Below, in pieces: positions 56,872 through 64,000 of a stretch of 64,000 nt of DNA. The translations under genes were made by a program, and so were the position numbers. The notes under the pieces were generated by a model. The model did not search any database. It saw only the letters and a program-made list of their open reading frames with translations, and was not told the origin of the DNA. Positions within the stretch are counted from its first letter, which is position 1. Each line of letters begins with the position of its first letter. This DNA is from an uncultured Candidatus Entotheonella sp. (GTDB lineage Bacteria; Tectomicrobia; Entotheonellia; Entotheonellales; Entotheonellaceae), in assembly GCA_965215335.1 (NCBI GenBank), contig CBDCDA010000001.1, positions 512,001-576,000 of the forward strand, written 5' to 3'.

Positions 56872-57657
56872 CTATTCCCGGACCGGCACGTCGCCCGAAT
56901 AACCGTCACGACGTACACGCCAAAAATGGACCACAATAAAAATGGTCAAGATAATCGGGAAGGCGATGCAGTGCAGCACATAGAAACGCAATAGGGTCGC
57001 GGAACCAACAGTCGTACCGCCAAGCAAGGCAAAGCGGACATCATTGTTGACCTTCATGCCAATAAGATTGGCGAAAGGCCCTTCATGCCCGATGAGGGGT
57101 GTGGCTCGCGCCATGTTGGCTCCAACCGTCACGGCCCAAATCGCCAACTGGTCCCAGGGCAGCAGATACCCACTAAAACTCAGGAGGAAGGTGAAATTGA
57201 GGAGAATGACGCCTACGACCCAATTGAATTCGCGTGGCGGCTTGTAGGAACTCGTATAGAACGTGCGCGCCATGTGAACCATAACCATAAAGACCATGGC
57301 GTGGGCACCATAACGGTGCATATTGCGGAGAATGTTTCCAAACGGCACCACGTACTGCAAATCTTTCATGTCATAGTAGGCACGGGGAACGGTTGGAACA
57401 TAATAAAACATCAACAAGACGCCCGTAAAAGTCAGGATCAAGAAAAGATAAAACGTAATAATTCCGGCACCCCAGTGGAAGCGCATCCGCATGCCGTATC
57501 TGCTGATTTTCGTCGGAAGAATGTGATAGAAGACGTTGTTGGTGATTGCCAACAAACGATTGCGGCGGTTCATCGTATAACCATGCCGAAAGATGGACTT
57601 CCATACCTGACTTTCGACAATAACCTGCGGGACGTTTTTCAGGCTCAGATTTGCCAT
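56872..57657 (-). CDS. Cytochrome b N-terminal subunit (b6-like)
   Basis: TGVLLMFYY, two His pairs, [20 protein letters not shown] 57657 preferred. Confidence 0.93.
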   Translation of the reverse strand: MANLSLKNVPQVIVESQVWKSIFRHGYTMNRRNRLLAITNNVFYHILPTKISRYGMRMRFHWGAGIITFYLFLILTFTGVLLMFYYVPTVPRAYYDMKDLQYVVPFGNILRNMHRYGAHAMVFMVMVHMARTFYTSSYKPPREFNWVVGVILLNFTFLLSFSGYLLPWDQLAIWAVTVGANMARATPLIGHEGPFANLIGMKVNNDVRFALLGGTTVGSATLLRFYVLHCIAFPIILTIFIVVHFWRVRRDGYSGDVPVRE

Positions 57658-57870
57658 AAACCGTTCCTTTGAGCACGCGGATGTTAAATTGCCGGCCTTC
57701 TCCCGATCACGCAACGGATGGTTGCGATAGCCCTTCCGTGGAAGATGCGTATTATTGGAAATGCCCTCGTATCAGACGAAACTCGCTTCTCGAGCACACC
57801 AGGACACGATGACGGCCCGTGTGCTGCGAGAGCACGGTATGGATTGTCTGGCACGACCTAATGCAATGTC

Positions 57871-58386
57871 CTACGACAAAGGAAGGATAAAAGGCGGCTC
57901 ATCACGCCTTCCAGGCCGATTTTCCCTCAGGCTCTTGTCCACCATGATGTTCCCAGCCAAGTCCAGAGAAATGGCAGCCCGAAAAAGCGGGGTTGGCGCG
58001 GGTCCAGAAACATTCTGCCCGTCTACCAGAAAATTGCTTCCATGGCACGGGCATTTGATACGGTTTTCCGCCGAGTGCCAGATCGGCGTACAGCCAAGAT
58101 GGGTGCAGATCGATATGAGAGCGTAAATTCCTTCTTCATTACGAATCATCCAGACACGCTGCTCTTTCTTCATTCGAGTGCTGACTTCACCGACCTGATA
58201 GTCTTCCGGCTTGCCTGCTATGAATTGCTGCGAAGGTTCGTAGAGAATTCTCGGAAAGAAAAACCGTAACGACCCAATCGTGACACCGCCACAAAATGAA
58301 GCGAAGCTCCCCCATCCCAAGAAGCTGAGTAGACGCCGCCTGGTTCCCTGCTCCTCCGCTGACAAGGCCTCCGACGCTCTGGCCAT
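57871..58386 (-). CDS. Rieske 2Fe-2S subunit of a bc-type complex
   Basis: Tat-like RRRLL plus TM; CTHLGC and CPCHGS; GPAP. Confidence 0.95.
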   Translation of the reverse strand: MARASEALSAEEQGTRRRLLSFLGWGSFASFCGGVTIGSLRFFFPRILYEPSQQFIAGKPEDYQVGEVSTRMKKEQRVWMIRNEEGIYALISICTHLGCTPIWHSAENRIKCPCHGSNFLVDGQNVSGPAPTPLFRAAISLDLAGNIMVDKSLRENRPGRRDEPPFILPLS

Positions 58387-58514
58387 GAACTTCGCTCTCC
58401 TCCTTCTTACCGCCTATGATTGCCAACAGACTTCTGACGAGACTGTGCGCTGCAGAAACATGTCTCTCGATTAGTGAGGATGATATTGCTGAAACAAAGG
58501 ACTGCTGGAAAGAA

Positions 58515-58997
58515 CTACAATTTGCCGAAGTCTTCAGGTCTGATGTTGTCGAGCCACTCCTTCAAGCCTTCAGTATCTTCGGCAATATTTTGCGTGCTTA
58601 CGTCAACGCTTCCCACGCGCTCTATAACGTCTGGAGCAACATAAATCGGGGCCTTCGCGCGAAGCGCAATGGCTATTGCATCACTCGGCCTGGCGTCAAT
58701 GCAGAATTCCCGTTCTTGTAAAGATAGAAAGATCGTTGCATAAAACGTACTGTCCCGCAGGTCATTAACAACAATCCGTACAACAGAAGCGTGGATACCT
58801 TCAAGGATGTTCTTTATTAGATCGTGAGTCATCGGGCGGGGGGTTGGAACTTGCTCAAGTTCCAGGGCAATTGCGTTGGCTTCGGGGATACCAATCCAAA
58901 TAGGCAATGCTTTGGTATCTTCAAGGTCACGCAGAATAACCAGCGCCATGTTCGATAGCGGATCTAGTGTAAGGCCACGCACTTTCATCTCAAGCAT
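58515..58997 (-). CDS. Bifunctional nuclease family protein (DUF151)
   Basis: LPIWIG..EA, PRPMTHDL, DARPSDAIAIA. Confidence 0.92.
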   Translation of the reverse strand: MLEMKVRGLTLDPLSNMALVILRDLEDTKALPIWIGIPEANAIALELEQVPTPRPMTHDLIKNILEGIHASVVRIVVNDLRDSTFYATIFLSLQEREFCIDARPSDAIAIALRAKAPIYVAPDVIERVGSVDVSTQNIAEDTEGLKEWLDNIRPEDFGKL

Positions 58998-59084
58998 GCG
59001 TTTTCTCCTCGCACGAAAGCGTCTCTCCGCTGCCTTCGCTAGTCTCTAACTCTCTATAAACGCTTCACTTGCCGAGATTTGGGC

Positions 59085-59113
59085 AATATACCGAGGCCCT
59101 GTGCCTTTGTCAA
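59085..59113 (-). promoter_or_regulatory. Sigma70-type promoter upstream of DUF151/bc cluster
   Basis: Minus strand TTGACA-N17-TATATT. Confidence 0.65.
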
Positions 59114-59162
59114 GCAAGGTTCCGGGCCGTCATCATTCTGCCTGGGATTGCAAGCAACGTGA

Positions 59163-59603
59163 TCATTCACAGCCCGACAGAGGATGAAATTGAGGGAGGG
59201 CAGTCCTGTTATCGATTGTCTCGAAGCCGAGCCGCACCTTGAGACCGATGTGCACCAAGCCCGGATCCGCAACTATCAGGTTGCCGAGCATTTTAACCCT
59301 GCTCTGCGACAGTTCAACGACGGCAACAACATACGGAATCTTCGGGCGCCAAGCTGGGCCGGCGAGATCCGAATGGTAAACGCAGAAAGTCAGAACTTCG
59401 CCTCGGCCGGGGTCTTCCCGCCAATTCGTCTTGGGATCTGAACACTGCGGACACAGTGGGCTCGGCGGAAAGCGAAAAGTATGGCAGGCGTCGCATTGCT
59501 GAATCAGCAGACGACGCCGCCGGCAGCCTTCCCAAAAAATCAGCGTATCCTCGTCCGGAATGGGAAGTTGCCTGCTTTCCTCGAGGCATTTCCACATCTC
59601 CAT
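59163..59603 (-). CDS. DUF35-type Zn-ribbon/OB-fold protein
   Basis: FWEG, QQCDAC...PP..LCPQC, PYVVAVVEL; adjacent to the thiolase-like gene. Confidence 0.9.
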   Translation of the reverse strand: MEMWKCLEESRQLPIPDEDTLIFWEGCRRRRLLIQQCDACHTFRFPPSPLCPQCSDPKTNWREDPGRGEVLTFCVYHSDLAGPAWRPKIPYVVAVVELSQSRVKMLGNLIVADPGLVHIGLKVRLGFETIDNRTALPQFHPLSGCE

Positions 59604-59614
59604 ATGCGCCGTCC

Positions 59615-60775
59615 TTATGCTTGCAGCCCCGTGGCCCCCAGAATGGCGGCAGTGCTGGTGGCAAAGGCACCTCCAAAGCCACTCACCAGCGCTGTGCTCG
59701 CGTCCTTGATTTGACGGCGACCGGCTTGTCCTCTTAGTTGCTGCACCGCCTCGACAATATGCAGCATGCCGTCCAGATGCGCTTGCGACAGATGCCCGCC
59801 GTGCGGGTTTACCGGAAGGTCGCCGTCGGGGCCGAGGGAACCGTCTTCAACGAAGGCCCCCCCCTCCCCCTTCCGGCAAAACCCGAAGTCTTCAATTTGC
59901 ACCAACACGCCGTAGGTGGTGTCGTCGTACAGCAAGGCGATGTCGATGTCTTGTTGGCTCATCTGAGCGGCGCGAAAGACCTGTTGCCCTGCTTGCCGGG
60001 CCGGCGTGGTGGTGGTTGTCACCATATTCGCGCAATACGCAATATGCTCCCTGGAATGGGCCTGCCCGAGCCCCAGAATCGACACCGGAGCCGCCGAGTG
60101 GTCGCGCCCCCAATCCAGTGGTGCTACCACCAGGGCAGCCCCGCCATCGAAGATGTACGCCAGATCGTACTTGCGAAGAGGCGCAATGAGGTAAGGCGAC
60201 CGCTCATAGTCTTCCAGACCAAGAGGCTCCCGGAACCCCGCGTTAGGGTGATGCATGGCATATCGGCGCTGTGCCACGGCGATCATTCCCAACTGTCGCC
60301 CCGTCGTGCCATGCTCAAACATGTGTCGTTGGGCGGCCAGGGCGTGCGGCCCCATGCCCCAAGTGAGCCCGTAACATTCTTCAAAGTCTTCGCAGCCCAT
60401 CCTGATCTTTCCGTGCCGTTCGAAGGCCCAGCTCGTGCGGCGATTCTCTCCGTAAGCACAGAGAACAACGCTGCACAAGCCCGTGCTGATCAGCATGGCC
60501 GCCTGTTCCAGCATTGCAATCGCCGTCGCACCGCCAAGGTTGATGTCAGTGGTAAAACGGGGTTGAATGCCGAGGTGCTTGGCGACGTATTGGCTGTGCA
60601 TGTAAGTGACGTCCATGTCCAGGTTGCGTGTCAATACGCCGTCTATGGCTGACGCCGAAACCCCCGCATCCTGCATGGCAGCACGGCAAGCCTCCAGAGT
60701 CAGACGTAACGCACTCATCCCCCGCAGCCGTCCCACCCGGCTCTCTCCGATGCCCACAATCGCGACCGGCGTCAT
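59615..60775 (-). CDS. Thiolase-superfamily protein (SCP-x/Ltp2-like) lacking the nucleophilic Cys
   Basis: VAIVGIG, DGGAA, LYDD, PVNPHGGHL, EAVQQLRG; GGAT at the usual Cys position. Confidence 0.88.
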   Translation of the reverse strand: MTPVAIVGIGESRVGRLRGMSALRLTLEACRAAMQDAGVSASAIDGVLTRNLDMDVTYMHSQYVAKHLGIQPRFTTDINLGGATAIAMLEQAAMLISTGLCSVVLCAYGENRRTSWAFERHGKIRMGCEDFEECYGLTWGMGPHALAAQRHMFEHGTTGRQLGMIAVAQRRYAMHHPNAGFREPLGLEDYERSPYLIAPLRKYDLAYIFDGGAALVVAPLDWGRDHSAAPVSILGLGQAHSREHIAYCANMVTTTTTPARQAGQQVFRAAQMSQQDIDIALLYDDTTYGVLVQIEDFGFCRKGEGGAFVEDGSLGPDGDLPVNPHGGHLSQAHLDGMLHIVEAVQQLRGQAGRRQIKDASTALVSGFGGAFATSTAAILGATGLQA

Positions 60776-60826
60776 ACGTCTGCCCGTGCCCTGCTCCCGG
60801 CCACCGCTCTGTACCCGGGGTTTTCG

Positions 60827-61315
60827 CTAACCCTCATACAATTCGCGTCCAAGAATCATTCGCCGGACACCAGTGAAGCCCCCCTTGCTTTCGATAATAT
60901 GGCGGGCTTCATCGGAGAGGCCACGCGCATTCAGGAATGACGCGCAAGAGAGACTGGAATCGTGGAACACGACGCTTTCAACCCAAGCCCACTCCAGACT
61001 GGCGCCCGTAAAGTCGGCGTCGCTTACCGCCGCCGCCTCCAGATGCGCGCTTAACAGCAAACCCTGCCGAAACGACACGCTGTGCAATATCGCTCGGCGA
61101 AAGGAAGCGCCTTGGGCAAAAACCCCTGTCAAGTCGGCCGCGGTCAAATTCGCCTGGTCGAATATGGCGCCCCGCACGTCCGCCGCGCGCAAGTCCGCGC
61201 CCCGCAAGTCAGACCCGTGAAAGTCGGTGAACTGAAGCTGTGCGCCCGCCAGCTTGCGGCCCCGCAAATCGCTGGCCGCAAAGTTCTGCCTCGCCCAATC
61301 GTAGTTTGTCATCAC
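60827..61315 (-). CDS. Pentapeptide repeat protein
   Basis: Tandem A(D/N)Lxx repeats (SDLRG ADLRA ... ANLTA ADLTG). Confidence 0.9.
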   Translation of the reverse strand: MMTNYDWARQNFAASDLRGRKLAGAQLQFTDFHGSDLRGADLRAADVRGAIFDQANLTAADLTGVFAQGASFRRAILHSVSFRQGLLLSAHLEAAAVSDADFTGASLEWAWVESVVFHDSSLSCASFLNARGLSDEARHIIESKGGFTGVRRMILGRELYEG

Positions 61316-61421
61316 AACGTACCCGCCACGCCAAGGTTGTCCGCCTCCCGGCGCAATTCGGTGTATCTGCTATACTCGCCATGCGTCAAACGGGAGTCTA
61401 CTCTGGCAATAGGACACGACC

Positions 61422-64000
61422 ATGTTAAAGACGATATTGCACAAGGTTTTTGGCAGCAAAAATGAACGCGAACTGAAACGTCTGCAGCCCATCGTAGAGC
61501 AAATCAACCAACACGAACCGGCCCTCTCCAACTTGACACTCGACGACCTGCGTGGACGCACCAATACCTTCCGGGAACAATTGGCCAACGGAGCCCCGCT
61601 GGACAGTCTGCTGCCTGAAGCCTTTGCCGTCGTGCGGGAAGTCTCCAAACGTCTGCTCAACATGCGTCATTTCGACGTGCAGCTTCTCGGGGGCATGGTG
61701 CTGCACGAGGGCAGCATCGCGGAGATGAAAACGGGTGAAGGCAAAACGCTGGTCGCAACGCTGCCCGTATACCTGAACAGTCTAACAGACCAGGGCGTGC
61801 ACGTGGTGACGGTGAACGATTACCTCGCGCGGCGAGACGCCGAATGGATGGGACCAGTGTACCACGCTCTCGGGCTCTCCGTCGGCGTCATTCAACATGA
61901 CATGGACGACAAGGCGCGGTACAACGCGTACCGAGCAGATGTCACCTACGGCACCAACAATGAGTTCGGCTTCGATTACCTGCGCGACAACATGAAGTTC
62001 AGCCAGAGCGAGTTCGTCCAGAAGCCGTTGCAGTATGCCATCGTTGATGAAGTGGACAGCATCCTTGTCGACGAAGCCCGCACCCCGCTGATCATTTCCG
62101 GCCCTACTGAGGAATCGACTGACAAATACTACCGCATCGACCGCATCATTCCCCGTTTGAAGCAAGACCCCCACTACACGCTCGACGAAAAGACGCGCTC
62201 AGTGGCGCTGACCGAGGAAGGCGTGGCAACCGCCGAGCAACTCCTGGGCGTAGACAATCTCTACGACCCCGGCAATATCGAGACCCTGCACCATCTGAAC
62301 CAAGCCCTCAAGGCCCACGTCCTGTTCAAGCGCGACGTCGACTACGTCGTCAAGGACGGGGAGGTCATTATTGTTGACGAGTTTACCGGTCGGCTCATGC
62401 CCGGGCGGCGCTACAGCGACGGGCTGCACCAGGCACTGGAAGCCAAGGAACGCCAAAAGGTCGCTAATGAAAATCAGACCCTTGCCTCGATTACCTTTCA
62501 GAACTATTTCCGTATGTACGACAAATTGGCCGGCATGACAGGGACAGCCGATACCGAAGCCGCCGAATTTCACACGATCTACAAACTGGACGTCGTCGTC
62601 ATACCGACGAATCGGCAACTGATCCGGCTTGAGTACCCGGACGTCATCTATCGCACCGAGGCCGAGAAACTTCAAGCCGTCAGCGAAGAAATCCAGGCAC
62701 TCCACGACAAGGGGCAGCCTGTCCTGGTAGGAACCATTTCCATCGAGAAGTCGGAAGCGTTGAGCACCTACCTCAAGCGTCGAGGCATTCCGCACAACGT
62801 TCTCAACGCCAAGAACCACGAGCGAGAAGCAGAGATCGTGGCTCAGGCCGGGCGCCAGGGCGCCGTGACCATTTCCACCAATATGGCCGGGCGCGGTACC
62901 GACATTTTATTGGGCGGCAATCCCGAATTTCTGGCGCGCAAAGCCTGCAAACTCGGCGGCAACGATCCGGCGTACCCGGCGCAACTCGACAAAATGCGTT
63001 CGCAGTGCGCCGCGGAGCATGAGGAAGTGGTGGCCTGTGGAGGTCTGCACATTCTGGGGACCGAACGCCACGAGGCCCGCCGCATCGACAACCAGCTGCG
63101 CGGGCGTTCGGGGCGTCAGGGAGATCCGGGATCTTCTCGCTTTTACCTGTCGTTGGAGGATGACCTGCTTCGCATTTTCGGTTCGGAGCGCATCTCCGGC
63201 GTGATGGCCAAGCTGGGCATGAAGGCGGGTGAACCCATCGAGCATCGCATGATCACCCGAGCCATTGAGAACGCCCAGCGCAAGGTCGAAGCCCACAATT
63301 TCGACATCCGCAAGCATCTTCTGGAATATGACGACGTGATGACCAAGCAGCGTGAGGTCATCTACAACCAGCGGCGTGAAGTGCTTGCAACGGACGACAT
63401 GCACGCCCTGGTCATCGAGATGTCCGGCGAGGTGCTGCAGGATATCTTCGACACCCATATCGACCCTGAGGCCTATGCCGATGATTGGGATATCCCAGGC
63501 CTTGTGGACGCCGTGCGCCAGCGCTATGGGATGCAAATGCCGCTGACGCCAGCAAGCCTCGCGGACTTCGGACGTGTGGAGCTTCTCGAGCACCTTCGCG
63601 AGCATCTGGAGGCCAGTTACAAGGCCAAATCAACGGAAGCGGGTGCGGAGGCATTCAGCACTCTGGAGCGCTTCATCATCCTGCAGGTCATCGACAAGCA
63701 CTGGAAGGACCACTTGCTGGCCATGGACCACTTGAAAGAAGGCATTGGCTTGCGGGGTTACGCACAGAAGAATCCCTTGAATGAATACAAGCGTGAAGCA
63801 TTTGAAATGTTTGTTGACATGACGGACCGCATCAAGAATGACGCGATCGAATATCTATTCAAGGTTGAATTGGCAAGCGCCGAGAGTGTGCCGGTCGCTC
63901 ACCAACGACCCCACGCCCCGCGAACCGTCGAACACCGTGGCGCACTGGACAGCGGCGGGGAAGCCGCTGTCACAAAAACCGTACGGCGCCAGGGCGAAAA
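61422..64000 (+). CDS. secA: Preprotein translocase SecA, truncated by the window edge
   Basis: Not in the ORF track (no stop). Manual reading: [80 protein letters not shown]. Confidence 0.97.
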   Translation, partial: MLKTILHKVFGSKNERELKRLQPIVEQINQHEPALSNLTLDDLRGRTNTFREQLANGAPLDSLLPEAFAVVREVSKRLLNMRHFDVQLLGGMVLHEGSIAEMKTGEGKTLVATLPVYLNSLTDQGVHVVTVNDYLARRDAEWMGPVYHALGLSVGVIQHDMDDKARYNAYRADVTYGTNNEFGFDYLRDNMKFSQSEFVQKPLQYAIVDEVDSILVDEARTPLIISGPTEESTDKYYRIDRIIPRLKQDPHYTLDEKTRSVALTEEGVATAEQLLGVDNLYDPGNIETLHHLNQALKAHVLFKRDVDYVVKDGEVIIVDEFTGRLMPGRRYSDGLHQALEAKERQKVANENQTLASITFQNYFRMYDKLAGMTGTADTEAAEFHTIYKLDVVVIPTNRQLIRLEYPDVIYRTEAEKLQAVSEEIQALHDKGQPVLVGTISIEKSEALSTYLKRRGIPHNVLNAKNHEREAEIVAQAGRQGAVTISTNMAGRGTDILLGGNPEFLARKACKLGGNDPAYPAQLDKMRSQCAAEHEEVVACGGLHILGTERHEARRIDNQLRGRSGRQGDPGSSRFYLSLEDDLLRIFGSERISGVMAKLGMKAGEPIEHRMITRAIENAQRKVEAHNFDIRKHLLEYDDVMTKQREVIYNQRREVLATDDMHALVIEMSGEVLQDIFDTHIDPEAYADDWDIPGLVDAVRQRYGMQMPLTPASLADFGRVELLEHLREHLEASYKAKSTEAGAEAFSTLERFIILQVIDKHWKDHLLAMDHLKEGIGLRGYAQKNPLNEYKREAFEMFVDMTDRIKNDAIEYLFKVELASAESVPVAHQRPHAPRTVEHRGALDSGGEAAVTKTVRRQGE

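Noticed and set aside
57658..57870. Long spacer between Rieske and cytochrome b, including TGGCACGACCTAATGC as a sigma54 site
   Set aside because: The GG-GC spacing is off by one and the site faces away from the operon; no recognisable RNA motif.
59475..59500. CDACH in the DUF35 protein as a heme-binding motif
   Set aside because: It is part of the CxxC...CxxC zinc ribbon of a protein with no export signal.
61370..63784. Several 100-230 aa ORFs listed in the track
   Set aside because: They are antisense or off-frame shadows of secA, which the track missed.
1..64000. CRISPR arrays, rRNA, prophage or defence systems
   Set aside because: No regularly spaced repeats, rRNA-like segments, phage genes or defence domains were seen.

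Overview
GC-rich chromosome of a diderm bacterium. The gene style suggests a Deltaproteobacteria/Tectomicrobia-like lineage, possibly host-associated (inference only). Almost all genes from 0.5-25 kb lie on + and almost all from 25-61 kb on -. The two blocks converge on a 28-bp dif-like XerCD site at 25085-25112, so the window probably spans the replication terminus. Left arm: partial AtpI-like gene, chorismate mutase, a System I cytochrome c maturation operon (CxxxY-type CcmE plus two uncharacterised accessory genes), an acyl-CoA mutase with isobutyryl-CoA-mutase signature residues, tRNA-Met, tilS, ftsH, glmM, tsaE, lptCAB, rpoN, der, MerR, two tRNA-Pro, apt, a squalene-type synthase, tRNA-Arg, a non-canonical EF-G and a TPR protein. 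Right arm: the pnp...rimP operon, rseP, lolA, a receiver-domain-LpxC fusion, mutS, ybeY, phoH, glnD and xerD. An 8-kb IS-bounded island follows, carrying a three-gene module: membrane sulfatase-like protein, small YxDPG membrane peptide, and kinase-like/methyltransferase fusion. After it come orphan atpF-atpE behind a Rieske/split cytochrome b/pentaheme cytochrome c cluster, a Cys-less thiolase-DUF35 pair, a pentapeptide protein and a partial secA. The best candidates for new biology are the REC-LpxC fusion and the island's three-gene module. All family assignments come from motifs recognised by eye; no searches were run.
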